Below are positions 13,201 to 26,756 of a stretch of DNA of 64,000 bases, piece after piece. This DNA comes from Klebsormidium nitens (Eukaryota > Plantae > Klebsormidiophyceae). The translations under genes were made by a program, and so were the position numbers. Where the stretch lies: NCBI GenBank assembly GCA_000708835.1, contig DF237134.1:92815-156814 (forward strand), given 5' to 3'. Under the pieces are notes generated by a model. It saw only the letters and a list, made by a program, of their open reading frames with translations. It was not told the origin of the DNA and made no database searches. Position 1 is the first letter of the stretch; each line of letters opens with the position of its first letter.

Positions 13201-14183
13201 ATCAGGCAGTGCAATGAAAGCCAAAGGGCGAGCGCCTGGATGATGGAAATTCAGTGGCAGTAGGGACATTTGATGTCTCCAACACTTGCCACATGCAAAC
13301 AGATATCCAGATTTTGGAACTTTATCTGATTGACAGACCTTCAGGTAGTGGTGACCATGATTGGAAGGCAGTCTGACGGAGCCTATGATTGTGATAGTCA
13401 CTCGTAAACTAAGAAACCCACAACAAGCCTTTCCTCCTGAACCTATATATTGAAAATACCACAAACACGTCATGGCGTCAACAAACTCTCAGCAAATTAC
13501 GAATTCACCCAATCTTTTGCAAGTGCATCTTGTTGCTATATCAGCCTTGCCAAGAGACCTAACATCTGAGACCCAAAGTCAAATTCTCAGACTCTGATCA
13601 GATTGCAGCGATCGCATGAATTCACAACCTTGCCTTCGAACCGTTTTGGGACCCAAGTCAGTCCCACATTTGATGCTTTCCGCAAAGAAGCACGCGCAAG
13701 AGTGAGATTCATAGATATTACCGGCTCGCGGCCAATTCGCGGGTAAAAGTCGGAGGATACGGGGCGAGGTAAGTCTGCGGCCCCAATTAAGCGGAACACA
13801 ACCGGGCAGAATCAAATTACGTCGCATTGCCTAATGAAAGCCGCAACGTTTGGTTCCTGGACAGATATCAACACGAATCTCCCATAAATTTGAATTATGC
13901 CGTTATTTCTCAAAAGTGTAGTAAAAGTACAAGTCTGACAATTGCCGCACCTTGATTATCGACAACTTCGCTATCAGACTCTATAATGCAATCTAGAAGT
14001 CTGTTTAAGAAGGAATTTCCAGGCACCCACCCTTTCTAGCTCGTCTTGCACCTCTTGCAGCTTCTCAATGTCCTTGAGGAGCTTCTCATCGTACTCCGGA
14101 GCATCCGCATCGCCCCCCCCCTCCTCGGCCCCATTTTGTTGCCCCTCCTCCTCCTCCAATCGCGCTTTCTTGGGCTCAGCCAT
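7293..14183 (-). CDS. NRP1: NAP1-related protein (NRP/SET-TAF-I family histone chaperone) with long acidic tail, 340 aa
   Basis: complement(join(7293..7331,7807..7854,8532..8768,9517..9576,10151..10211,10697..10761,11311..11424,11898..12020,12550..12672,14031..14183)); all junctions GT-AG and in phase. Motifs: [74 protein letters not shown]. Confidence 0.95.
10299..10402. repeat. 52-bp tandem duplication in an NRP intron
   Basis: cggcagtcccaaggtggacgcaggccgtt... at 10299 is repeated with a few mismatches at 10351. Confidence 0.85.
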
Positions 14184-14666
14184 TGAGGCGGTGCACAATT
14201 TTCCGGCTTCCCACTCGACGTTGCTATCAGATGATCACAATGAGATGCCAAAAAGTGCAGGATACGCGGTCAAACTCGAGCGGCTGCTTTTCCCTCTCTG
14301 CGCAAATGCAGAAAGGACGGAACCAATCGCTGCATTGCTCAGGCCGGGCCTTCCACCTCCAGGCAGCTCTGCCAGCCGCCCTTCTTGTGCTCCCCACCCC
14401 CCCACAGAAGAAGACTACCGTAGCCTTAGGTAAAAGTGCCTTTCAATTTGTCGAAGAGAGCCAAATGCGTGGCAGGGGACTGTGCACAACGTTGCAGGAG
14501 CTTGAATGCAGGGTGCATTCTCATGCTGACTTGGGATGTGTTTGAGGGCCACGATGCGTCGATTGTGCGAAAAGGCGCCATCGAGTGTGCCATCGGTAAC
14601 CCCCGGCTTCATTGCCGTCCGATTGTCCTTGAAGGAATTGGACGGTTCAGTGAGTACTGAGCCAAA

Positions 14667-14675
14667 TTAGGGTTT
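14667..14675 (-). promoter_or_regulatory. Telo-box (AAACCCTAA) in the divergent NRP / DYNC2LI1 promoter
   Basis: TTAGGGTTT on the plus strand is an exact plant telo-box. It lies between the two ATGs (14183 and 15064), with a TA-rich tract near 14737-14746. Confidence 0.4.
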
Positions 14676-15063
14676 GCTCTTGCCGCGCTGCAACTTCAAG
14701 CTCGACTCGGCGAGGATCGACTTGAATATTATGTATTATATATATCCCATGGGTTGTTGCATTGGCGCTGAGCTCATCTTTCAATGATCGAATCTCATGA
14801 GCTTTTTGGAGGCCTTTGCAGACTTTGGGACGCCATCCGCCTTTGCAGCTCAGTGCTCTATCGCTTTTACTCATTACCCCCGCAGGCACGTACGGAAAGA
14901 AACCATCAAGACAATCACCAGTCAATCCGTAGTGTTTCCATTCTTCTGAACGAAAGCTTTGAGAAGCTTCTGGACAGAAGGGACCCCATTCACCTGACAC
15001 TTGACAGAAAAACAAGTCTCGGGCAAGATGACATGCAGCTGATGATGTCAGCGCGAGCATGAG

Positions 15064-18000
15064 ATGGCGCCAGCCATAGCTGGGGCGTCGGGAGGGGGGG
15101 ACGCTCAGCAGAAGAAGGACATCTGGAGCTTGATTCTCGAGCAGAAAAAGGGGGCGGGCAAGGCGAGAGGTGCGCTCCCATGATTTTTAGGCCCGGAAAG
15201 AGCTGGGGCTCTTGGCTTTTTGGTGCTTTTGGTGGGGAATTTTGCTTTTTCGCACTCGGTGCATAGAAAGGAGGTGACAGGACTGGTATTGATTGGAGAC
15301 AAGGTGGCTGTTTGGACTAAGCGGTGGTGCTAAAGATCTACAAGTAACTTTGCAAGCAGATTGGAACTCAGTTGCCAAGCTCTCTTGAACAGGCAATGTG
15401 ACACCTGAGAAATGATCCTTCTGCCACCCCCACCTCACATGGATGCAAGCCTTATCGCAACTCAACCACCAGTCTCAGTGTTAGTCTCTGGACTGCCCTC
15501 CGTTCATTCAAAAGTTTTAGGCAGACCAACTGTCTCATTTGATCCACCTTCAGTACAAGCAGATTCCGGAATATTCGTACTTGATGCCTTCTTCAGGAGC
15601 TGGCGACCTCCCTGACTCGCATGTCTACTTTGTGGGGGCCGTGCGTGGGGGCAAATCCACTCTAGTTAGCCGCTTCCTGAATCCCGACAAGGAGGAGGAG
15701 CCTCGTCCCGGACAAGGCCTTGAGTACACGTTTGCAAGGCGCTCATCTGCGGCGGCAATTGACAAGAAGGTGAGCCTTCAAATCGAGCCCTCTCTTCTTC
15801 ATATCGAACCTCATCTTCCTTGTTTAGAGACGTGCCAGGGGTTGTGATGGGGGGCCTCTGAGTGGGCATTCGAAATGAGCTTGCATTCCGTGCGCAATCG
15901 AGTCGACAGTTGCGGAAGAAGGGGGCTTGGTTGGAGTGTGCTGGCACCATCGTTCGGCCAGCTTAGCAGGTCTCAGTTGCTCAGCCTCTTGATTAATCTG
16001 GCCTTTTTCTCTTGGCGGCCTTATCTGGTGGCACTGGGGCTTCTTTGGAGCGTTCAGACAGCCATGGGCCTTGAAAGCACGTCCGCTCAATCCTTGGAAG
16101 ATCTTGTGTAAAACGTCATCCGAACCACGATCCACGTCAGTTGTCTTCACAAAGTCATCTGAACGTTACATACATCAGCTGAAATCTCGTGCCCGTCATC
16201 TTGTGTGTGCAGGACACGGCTCACCTGTGGGAGCTGTCCGGCGGTCCGGCGCTGTCCAAACAGCTCGCGGACGGCAAGCACGCGTTTCTGCCGATTACCG
16301 CAATTCCGACCGCGGTCGTCGTGATCGTACTCGACCTCTCAAACGTAAAGAAGACTCGTCCCTCTTTCCTACGCATTGTGATTGGTGGTTTGCGCACAGT
16401 AAGACCTGAAAAGGGGCCACCTCGATCCGCGATGCTTCAGGCCTTTCGAAAAGAAGTTGGTGGGTTGCAATGACGATTTCAACGAGTTTTCTTTAACGGT
16501 TTTTGTGGAAAACTCAAAAACCACAAAAAGAGGTTTGTGCAAACATAGCGGTTTTTTATCAACCCTTCGGACTGCAGAAATCAAAGTAGGGCTTGACAGG
16601 TGGCAACATTTGGGTCTCAAATTAACAATGAGGAAGCTTGACTCTGCCGCTGAAAACATCAGTCTCCCTCGTTTGAACGGTGCAAAGGTTGGCCGACTCT
16701 GAGCCAAAAGAAAGTGGCTCTTCAACGGAACGAAACGTTGGAACGTCGTTGACTGTCTTGGCAGTCTTATGTGTCACTAGTATCGTTTCGTCTATGTGTC
16801 ACTAGTATCGTTTCGTCTTGATTGCAATTCCTGACCAACTGCACTTCCCATGTGATGCAGCCGAGCGGCGTTTTGGACACGCTGACGTGCTGGCTGAACA
16901 AGGTGAGCTCAGGCTGACGTCACATTCTTAGTAAGACCGTAAGAGCTAGAGTAGCTTCAAAATGCGGCCTCCGAAGTGGACAGACACTCTGACGCAGTGC
17001 ATGGAATGGCAAAGGGCGCACAAACAGTTCCGCACTTCAAAGTCTTGTATCGTTGATTCCCATGGCCGCCTCACCAAACTTCGGCAAATGGTGACGACGA
17101 GCCGCAGCACTCCATCATCAACAAGGAAGAGAGCACTTTTGGAACTCCCGTTGACTGAACATACTCTGATTTCCGTGCAGACGCAAGAGCGGCTCGACAC
17201 ATGTTACCGGCTGCTGGAACGGAAGGGATCCAAGCTGCCGGAGCAACTCAGAGCCCGCGCCAAACAGGTGTGTCGTTCCTTCCCGGTGTCTGAAGCAGTA
17301 TCGTTCGAGACGAGAAGCTCGATACCTTTGCGAAGTGTCTTCGATCGACACTCTTACGATTGCAACTTGAGAACAGCGCAAGGAAAGAGGCGTACTTCTA
17401 AGGCTCCCGCACCGATTCGTGCAATCAGTGCGGTAGTGCGCAACATTTTCAGATATGGCCACTACCATTTACATGAGCGGTTTCGTGATCGGAGCCAAGC
17501 TCGAGCGGAAGTCTCTGCTCGCACTCTGTTGAGAAATCAGCTTTGAAAGCTAATATAGTAAACTGAGCAAAATTTCGTTTCACCGTTCCAACTCCGAATT
17601 CTACGACAAACCGTCTGCTACCTCGGGAGGTTAACGGAAAAGCAAAAATCCCTGAAGAAAAAGGGCACTTGACTTTGCGTTCGACGTTCTGCCTCATCTC
17701 CTTACCAGTTCCAACATAGATAAAGAAGGAAGATCCATGTTGTCAGTCTCTGTGTGACAAAACGTCCTTATATGAACAACAGTAGTAAAAGCCACTCGGC
17801 CTGACTGGACGTCCGTTCTGCGTCCGCAGCGCTTTGGCAGCGAGCACGAGGATGCGGACGCGGTGCAGCACTCGGGCGTGCCCATCGTCATCGTCGGCGC
17901 AAAAGTGAGCACATTTGGAGCTGCTTTGTCGCAAAACACTTTGCCTCCGCGGTTAGATAAAGCGGCCAGAGTTCGCCCTGAAGGCCACTGTAAAGTGCTA

Positions 18001-20023
18001 GATCCAATATGGCTGCGGCTGGTCAGGGCGAGAGCCGTCCAGCCGCTTTCAACCCGTCGAGATTGGTGACCTTTGAGGTTTCTAATTTGAGGATAAGTCA
18101 GAATGTCAGATCGATTTCATGATGTTGTCAGAGAGATGATTTGAATGGATTGAAAGGGTTACCTATATCAAATGTGCCGGACCGTTGACCGCATCACGTC
18201 CTGATCCGCTCTGGGGATCCGGAATTCCAATAAAGTCTAAGAGGATCGTCTAAGTTACAAACGGTGCACTAAACGCTTGCTTCGTGACTTTGAAAAGAGT
18301 CGATTTATCCGCAGTACGACGCTTTCATGAACGCGGATCCCGAAGTCCGCAAAGTCATGGCGCGGACGCTCCGGTACATCGCCCACAGCCGGGGCGCGTC
18401 GCTTATTTACACCGGGGGCTTGGGGCCCCAGCCGCCCGCGTCCTCGCAGCCGGAGGAGGCGGTGAGAATGCGCGCCACCAGCAAGGCGGCCCTCAACGCA
18501 TTGAGAACCGTGCTCAACCACTATGTCTTCCGCACGTGAGTCGCCGTTTTGGGTGTGTGCTTCGGGCTTGGGAACCAGATTGTGGATGCCGGCGCTCGTT
18601 TCAGGGGTTCCGACGTGTGGAACCTAGGATTTAGCTTCGAAATTGAATGGTTCGGGAACTCTGGACCTCTGGTATGGGGTTAAGAAGTGAAGTCAAGGTC
18701 TGGTCAGAGTCTCCCCGACATTCTAAGCTGGTCAGATTCTCCCCGACATTCTAAGGTCTACGGTTTTGGCAACTCTCTCTGTTTTTGGTGTTAGCTTTCT
18801 TTAGCTTCTGTCTTGTAGCCCGCGATGTTGGTTGAATCCTTCAGTCCAGATCCGCTATTTTGTCAATATTGGTCAAAGATAGGAATACTTACAAGAAAGC
18901 AAGGCCGAGAAGCTTGGCAATCGCGTAACGGCCCGTAGCAACTCCAATTTGACAGTTTTGCCTTCCAGCATGCATCGGCTCCCATCGTATCGCTCAACCT
19001 GACTGCCAGGTGTCGCTTTGCTACGCAGGGCGCCCTTGAAAATTGTGGAAGTGGATCATACGCGCGCGCTGTGCATACCCGCAGGTGCGGACCGCTTTCG
19101 AGAAATCGGACGTCCGAAGGTCAGTTCCCTGCAGAGTTTGTTACTCTGGTCCGCAAGTTGGACAGGCGGGCTTCTCCAGGAGCCGACTCGAAAAGAACCG
19201 AGATCTGATGCACAGCCTTCGAAGGATCCGAATGCTTCCCCAAGGTCCTTTTTCTCAATTCCTATTTCGCAGCGAAACATTTGGAGTAAGCCAAAGCGCT
19301 CGTGCCGAAAGTTGTCCGCTGATGGGCCCTCGTGCGCTCAGGGCTTTCAATCACTTGCTTTCCTTTCTCCATTCTCTGATTCCTTTCCTGCTTTGCTTTT
19401 CTGCTTTTCGGCACCGGGTAAAAGCTCGAGGATTCTGACTGTTTGCTCGTGCTTTGGATGCAGGGCGGCAGTAGCAGCGCGGACCTGCAAGCGGGTTTGT
19501 CGGAGTGGCGGGCCATTCACACCGCCGTCTTCCCGCCACCCCCCCCGGAAGTGACGGAGCCGCAGTGGAAGCTGGACCGGGACAAGTACGCGGAACCTGA
19601 GGTGGATTCAGTCTTGATGCAGGTAATCCGATTCACTTAACCCGGGTGCAGGTAATTGTATGCACTAACCCGTGCCAAACCGGTGCGTCTTCCCTGGTGG
19701 CTGACTTTCGACCGTTTGTCACCACGTGCATTTATGTACGAGCGACCCGTTATTGTGAGACGTTTTGGAAGTTGTGTAAGATTCTGCGGCGTAGTCCACC
19801 CGAACGAGCTGCGATTGTTATTTTTGATGCAATTTCCGGCAAGGAGATTTGTAACGATCTGTTTTGGATTGCCTCTTTCCAAAATTTTGTATGCGGTTTG
19901 GCTTCACATCAATGCGGAATGACTGACGCGTCTTAAACCTTGATGCAGCTGCAAGCCGGAGACCGGAAAGCAGAAGCCGAGGGACAGGAAGAGAGTAGCA
20001 AAGGAGTCCCAGTCCAGCGGTGA
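15064..20023 (+). CDS. DYNC2LI1: Cytoplasmic dynein-2 (IFT dynein) light intermediate chain, D1bLIC
   Basis: join(15064..15169,15597..15769,16213..16344,16861..16902,17181..17267,17830..17904,18315..18535,19029..19119,19464..19622, tentative last exon 19949..20023). Motifs: KDIWS, P-loop-like VYFVGAVRGGKSTL, LEYTFARR, AHLWELSGG, VVIVLDLS, GVPIVIVGAKYDAF, KVMARTLRYIAH, DHTRALCIPAGADRFREIGRP, KYAEPEVD. The 3' end is uncertain. Confidence 0.9.
16768..16817. repeat. Exact 25-bp tandem duplication (intron)
   Basis: tatgtgtcactagtatcgtttcgtc occurs twice in tandem. Confidence 0.95.
18700..18755. repeat. 28-bp tandem duplication (intron)
   Basis: ctggtcaga(g/t)tctccccgacattctaag occurs twice in tandem, with one mismatch. 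Confidence 0.9.
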
Positions 20024-21180
20024 CATACAGGCACGCGACGGAGAACGTCTAGACTCTGTCGACTCCGCATCAACTTCTCTACGTGTTTGCTGTACTTGCC
20101 GTTCCTGACGGTTGCGAGGAATCATTGACGCCATGCAGTGTTGCTGTCTGAATGGTCTGCAAGCGCTAAATGCTGGTCGTCAATCAGCCGCAAGCGCAGA
20201 AGCCGCGAGGTGGGTTACGAAGGGACCCGTCAAAGAACTTAAGTTCCAGTGCTTAAGAGTTTCAAGGTCTGCTCATTCGTTTCGCCTCATGGCAGTGCCG
20301 TCGGTCATGTCGCGCCCACGTGCAGCAATGATGCTTTTCGAAGGCCGGGCGGTTGAGATGGCTCACGTTAGGAACTTGCATGCTACATGAGAGTTGGTGA
20401 TGTCCAAAGCCCCTTAGCTTCGAGACAAATGTTAAGGTCGTGTCCACATACTTAAGATCAATTGAGTCGTTACGTATGTACACTGATCTACTGCGTTTGG
20501 AACTCGATCGAGCTATATGCTGCCAGCGCTACGGATATCATATGCCGCGGCGACGACCGGCGCTAGCTTGCGCGAATGAATGATGATAATTAAGTCTGCG
20601 CATGTGCATAATATCTCATGTTACTGCGCGGTCAAATGCATCATGTGTGCCATCATTCAAGGTGGCCGGGATCCCTGAAAACGAATCCTCTCAATATGAC
20701 TGATTAGTGTGTCCTTGAATACTATATAGATTATGCGCGCAACGATTGCATCGCAACCACATTAGAACGTCAATTCTCATAGGGATGACCTGCGGATAAG
20801 AGAGCATGCTGATTACTATGCATTTTTCGACCGCATGTTGAATTGAACAAACCCGGCCGGATGATCATGTATGTACCCTGGCCTCGTCGTGTCAAGTGCG
20901 GAACGTGTCCTGAGCCTACGGTATCTCAACCACGATCTCGTTGTTTCATGATGTTATGAACGTGTTCATGCATCCAAATTGAATCACTCCATATTTTCCA
21001 CAAATTGTTTGACCTGAGTCCTACCAAAATTTACAAGCAGCTTTTAGAACTCGTGTCTCATCTGGTCTAATGCTGACGCGATCAATCGAAGTTTCGTTCG
21101 AAATCCGCTTATAAGGTTGCAGCCAAGATCAACCGTTCTTGCCAAAGTACGATTCTATAGCCATTGTCTAGGTTGCCTAG

Positions 21181-22810
21181 TTACTCTTCGTCTAACTTTC
21201 TGTAGCTAGCCTGCAGTTCTAGGAGCGTGCTGAGACACACCAGCAGCCACATGATGCTGAGCGCTCCACCTTGCGGAAAGACGACCTCCTGAAAGTGGTT
21301 GGCGTGACCCAGAGTTGCAGGATAGACCAGTGCGGAGACCCAACCGATCGGATAAACGATTGTGACCACCCGAAAGCTGAAGTGGACATCGTCCTTTGCC
21401 CTGCGAATCGCCCCTGCCAGGTTCTCTTTTTCCTGCGACCGTTATAGCTATCTCAGCACGGGGTTAAATCGTAATTTTCAAACTTTTTGAAGGGATTTTC
21501 GCGCAAATCAACGATAACAGCAAGCCTTAAATACCGGAGGCGCTGATTGGGGGCGCCGTTTATCTTTTCAGCGAGTACCATATAATCAACAAAGCTCCTG
21601 TATAGAGCTGGTGATTGACGACCGTAGGCATCGAATCCGCCAAGATTTGTGTAGCAGTCTGCTCACTCACCCCGTTCTTGTCCCCAAAACTGCGCGCCAT
21701 CACCCTCGCTCCCAGGGGTTGCTACAATATATAAAGATAGGAGAGAATGAGGCTTTGCGCCAAGGATCTAACAAGCCAACCAGGCTCCTTTGTCCTTGCA
21801 CGATGCGGAAGGTCGATAAGCCGCCAGTCTGCCGCAGTCTGAGTTGGGTGATTGATGAACAGCTGGTCTCCAATTACAAGGAGCAGAGTAACAAGACCGG
21901 TCAAGCCAAGCGTCGTGTCGTTTCGACCAGATTGTCATTGATGCTACTAATTTTTCGGTAAATTTGGCTCAATCTGGACACATTCGCCTCATGTAAGCGT
22001 GTGCGATGATCTACCTGCTTAGGGTTTTCATTGCATTTCACCCTCAGAGTGCGGCTCCAGACCTTCGGAACCCCAAAAAGCTGCAAGCACACTTGAGAAG
22101 ATGAATTAGATTTTGAAAGAAAATCTGAGCCGCAAAACTGTGTCAGCGTCATTTTGTCAAAGCTTTTCGAAACCTTTTCATATATAAGGGTGTCAAAAGC
22201 CAAAAATTTGAGGGTAACCAAGGTCGATCACAATGTAAGAAATATTTTCTGGACATTGCGGTGATATCAACCATGCACAAGGACTTTAGTAGGCCAATCT
22301 GCAAAGGCGTGTTGAGTAGATGCGCAAATGCAAACTTTGACTCAAGAAGCAAATCTTTCTCGGCCAGAATGGAAGAGATTGACTTCAGCTATTGATCAGC
22401 AGTCGTGCCTGATTGTGCTTCATGAAAAACTTCAGAGAAAGACACGATCCAAAAACCTTCATGTACCAAACGACGACTAAGGAATATTTAATGGTCTTGC
22501 ACGTAGGTCTATATTTCAGCATTTTTACAACGAATATGCCTCAAGAAACCCAAGGCGTTCAGGCGCCCCTGCTTGATTCAGGAAACGGTAACTTGAAGCA
22601 GCGCTCAAGGTTCTGTCTGATAAGGTGCATAATCTTCTGCCAAGATTGGATGCAATTCCAAGATCTTCTAACTCATTGTGATTTTATGAAAGACATTCGA
22701 CCTACCTTTATGAGCAGGGGTCTTCTGTGATCATTGAGTCCTTTGATCGATGCATGCCCCTTGCCAACCACCACCGGAGAAACTAAGCTCCTCTCGACCG
22801 CCGCTGCCAT
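21181..22810 (-). CDS. Orphan small membrane protein, paralog A (micro-exons, two C-terminal hydrophobic helices)
   Basis: Exons supported by conservation with paralog B: 22810..22706 (MAAAVERSL...LLIK|gtaggt), 22080..22042 (LFGVPKVWSRTLR), 21721..21671 (QPLGARVMARSFGDKNG) and 21432..21181 (EKENLAGAI...IVYPIGWVSALV...FQEVVFP...LLELQASYRKLDEE*). Further internal exons are unresolved. Confidence 0.65.
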
Positions 22811-23764
22811 CTGCTTCGAGGTCTCAGTGCTTGCAGAGACGAAGGTTCAACGTTCACAGTCTGCGCAAGTAGATGGAGCTAACTTGCTCTCAGGCGCTCC
22901 TGCTCTCTTTTTGATGGCAAAGATCTGCTACCAGGAAAACCTCCAACGCTTTCTGATTGGATGCTCGACGTCGCTCGCCAGCTCACACTGTGGATGCGAA
23001 GCGAAGAAGTGCGAAGCCCATTTTTGGAGCTGAAGGGAATCGACCAGATCAAAGCAGTCCTGTGGACCATAAGGTTACACTCTGAGGACACCATTCTGAG
23101 CGCGCGCGGCTTGCCGCGGCCGCATCCAAGTTAGATCTTAACAGCCGCGCATGCCGCCGGGCGGCCTGCGCGGCCGGTCTAGCAAATAGGCTAACTTGGC
23201 GCGAACCTTTGTAGGTGGCGAAAATGTGATTCTGCACATTTTTAAGCAATGCGTCAGGCGGCTTGGAGTAGCAGATTATGTGGCCATCCATTCTAAACAG
23301 CTGCCTGTCGGCGCGAGTTGTATCTTAGGTAAGAGGAAGAGGAGTCTCGTGGTGTTCACAACGCTTCAGATCTTCGATAGTCGGAAAGGCTGTCACCACA
23401 AAAAAGTACAAAGGAACGGTGAAAACCACTGCCAATGGCACGAAGGGAATGTATACTCATGGATTTTTTGCTTCTTTGTTACCGTATACCTATATACGAA
23501 CGGGGCTGCTACAGTCTTCCAAGTACGAAAACGAACATGAATCCCTCCAAGTGATCCTGATTTTACCCGGATCACTGCATTCTTTTGTTTCAGGACGGAT
23601 GAAATCTTCTATGCAGCTTGATTTCAAGACTCATGTCTCATATGAAGTCTCGTGTCTTGAGCTGACGCAATCATTCTAACTTCGCTTGAATCACGATTCT
23701 TGAGAGTGCAGGTATACCAACCTTTCCAACGTACGAATCGACAATCATGATCTAGGTTGCTTGA

Positions 23765-25331
23765 TTACTTTTGGTCTAGCTTCCTGTAGGTAGCCTGCAG
23801 TTCTAGGACCATGCTGAGAGACGCGAGAAGTAACACAATGAAGAACGATCCATTTAGCGGGAAGACGACCTCCTGAAAGTAGTTGGCGCAAAACCATGCA
23901 GGAGTCGCCAGTGCAGAGATCCAGCCGATAGTATAAGTGACAACCACCCTCTTGAAGTTGGTGAGAACATCCTTCTTCCCCTTGCTGATTGCTTCTGCCA
24001 GGCGGTCTTTTTTCTGCAACCGTCGAATCCGTGTCAACGAGGGGTTGAAGTAAAGCTCGAAGAGTTCAGCACTTTGACCGGAACCCAGATAGGACCTTGA
24101 ACCTGGATCACGGAAGGCGCTGATCGGGATGCCGTTGACACCTCGAAGCAGATTGCAATCAGAACAAGCTGCGGTACTTTCTAACCATATTGCCAGGATC
24201 GTGTAGCAATCACCTCACTCACTTCGTTCTCCTTCTCGAAGCTGCGTGCCCTTGCCCTGGCTTCCATGGTCTGCCACGAAAGTAAGGAATCAGGATTTAG
24301 CGCTTCGATAAAGCGAACTTCTCTTCCCTGTTTTCATACCTACGAAGACCAATATCGACCGGCTTTTCGCGAATCTGGATGAATCATTGTGTGCGTGGAA
24401 CCACTGCAAATATTGCACTAAAGCAGCATTTGAAAATTGGTCACGCAACATGGTCGTTTTGGTTCAAAACGAAAGTGTCAATTCACGTGAGATCCCTCCA
24501 TATATTGGCGTTGTTAACCCCATGAAAGCATCAAGAATGGATTGATTGCTTCTGATCGCATCTCACCGGTGGAGTGCCGCTCGAGACCTTCGGGACGCCA
24601 AAATGCTGCAAGCAGAGCTGCAAAAATTACAAACCTCAAAAGACAAGACTCTGAGCCGCATGATTTTCAGCCTTGTCGGATTTCATCTAGGTCTCGAACA
24701 TCAAGAAAGACCATTTGAGTGTTAAGGACCACAATCAGTAAACTCAGTGTTTTCTGGAAGGCATGTGTTATGAAGTTGGCCATGCACGAGGAAGGCAGAG
24801 CCCTAAGAACCGAGAAAAGGGCGTTTCAAGTAGGTGTTCAAGTCTATATTCTGAGGTTGTGAGCCTGCGAAACATCAAGAAGGTGAGATTTGTAGCCTGC
24901 AAAGAAAAATAACGTTGTTTGAACGATATTATGGAAAAGCCCGTCCTGTGAGTCCAATCATGGCTACAATAACTAAAATGACGAAATTAATGTGACACCC
25001 TTTAAGACGTTTCAAATGAAAACTGAATCCACCTTTCAGCAGAATTCTTTCAACCCTCGTCATAAACTCCAGCTTTTCAGGCCTTTCAGCTTGTTTATGC
25101 TGGAGATATCTGTGCGGGTTTTCAAGCAATCTCTTTGGAAAGGTGCATGCATTGTACCAGTAATCTGAACACTCCAGGATTGAGCTCTTATCCGATGGTT
25201 GAACTTGCGCAAGTCCTACAACCTACCTTTTTGATGAGAAGTCTTTCAGCACGACCTTTGCTTGAAGCGTGCCCCCTATCGACCCCATTCGGAAAGCCCA
25301 AGCTCCTCTCAATTGTCGCTGCCATGGCCAT
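23765..25331 (-). CDS. Orphan small membrane protein, paralog B
   Basis: Exons 25331/25325..25227 (MAMAATIERSL...LIKK|gtaggt), 24605..24567 (HFGVPKVSSGTPP), 24270..24223 (TMEARARARSFEKENE) and 24013..23765 (KKDRLAEAI...TYTIGWISAL...FQEVVFP...VLELQATYRKLDQK*). Splice positions match paralog A. Confidence 0.65.
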
Positions 25332-26756
25332 TGGCACAAAACCTCAGGTACGAATCCTTTGCAGAATGAAGGGTCACAAACTTGAAACTGCGCAAGAGGA
25401 TAGATCGCAGGCGCTCCTGCTCTGGTCTTCGATGCCAGTCGAAGTGTCCTATGGAAGTGAAGCGCAGGTCTTTTGATCGGCTGCTCGACGTCCCTTGCGC
25501 ATGCTCACAATCTGCATGTCGAGACAGTGCGAAGCGCAAGTTTAAAAAGGATCGACAGAGCACTGCACTTCAATCTTCGTAGACTCTAGGTATAGCTAGC
25601 GAGCATCGGTCATCAGCAGCTAGCCGCCAGGCTGTGCGCGTCGAGTCTGCGGGCGCCGCTTGAATAACAGCTAGTCGCGGTGAGGCGCGGCCGCATTTTG
25701 CCTGGCCCCGTGCCAGGCCTGTGCGCGGCCGCGCGGCCGGCTTGGCGCAAACCGACTCGAATGTCATTTCGACTGTTGCCTTAGCATTCTAAGTCGACCT
25801 GCATGAGCTATTCCTACTTCAAGCTGCCTGGACGCAAGTTGCAAGGTCAGAAGCGCACTCCTTCGCTGGAAGCTCAGAAGCGTAAGACGGTAAGTTGCAA
25901 CACGAGGGTGGAGCTTGTCGAGTTAGCATACCTTCGAATTAATGTAAAAGTTCAGCTTTTCTGACCCAAAGACGTCTGCATGATGTCTTTAAACAAAGCC
26001 AGACGTTCGTTTGTATTCAGTTGATATATTGCTGAGTACTCCTGTCTTCACTGGCAGCGTTTTTTCTGTGTCGAAAGCAAAACAAAACGCTGTCCTTTCG
26101 ATTGACCTGCCACAGTTCAAAAGAACACCTGAAAAAGAAGCGGGGTGATTTGTCCACCAGCTTCTTCTTCCTTTAACTTAGAAAAGCACAGGGGTGATGA
26201 AGCTCAGGGTAATCCAGAGGCAACTGCAAAGCTTGAGGTTTTTGCTTATTGAGGCTCCATGCTGAGGATTGGTTCAATTCTAAAGAACGTTTGTTAGCTC
26301 TTCCCTGTACGGTCTCCTAGTAAAGCTTTAAGACTAGGTCTCGAATCAAAGTTCTTTGAAAATGAAATTCAGTCAAAGGTATCCGTTTTACGGCAAGGGA
26401 AGCAGTGCATTACCGTTCTGGTTTTGTTCGCAATCTTCGATGAATACTACTTTGCAGTTCGGCTACTACAAGCAGGATAGCTGTAGGCGTCTGTCAGTTG
26501 AGAACAACACGGGAGAGTGTCGCTCGAAACCAATCCAAAATTTGAGGGAATCTTGAGACGCTCCAGCAACGAGTCACAACCTCGTAATGGTGACCATCCG
26601 TTGAGTTTTTGTTGTACATGACAAGAGAATGCAGGGAACGTTATCCGAGCCCAATCTCGAAAAGTTCAATTTTCATGCCTTTGCAGATGGCCTTCGAAGT
26701 CGCTACACCCCGTTGTCCTTTTTCAAGGATCTGATGGTGCAGGAAGCTGTACTTGA

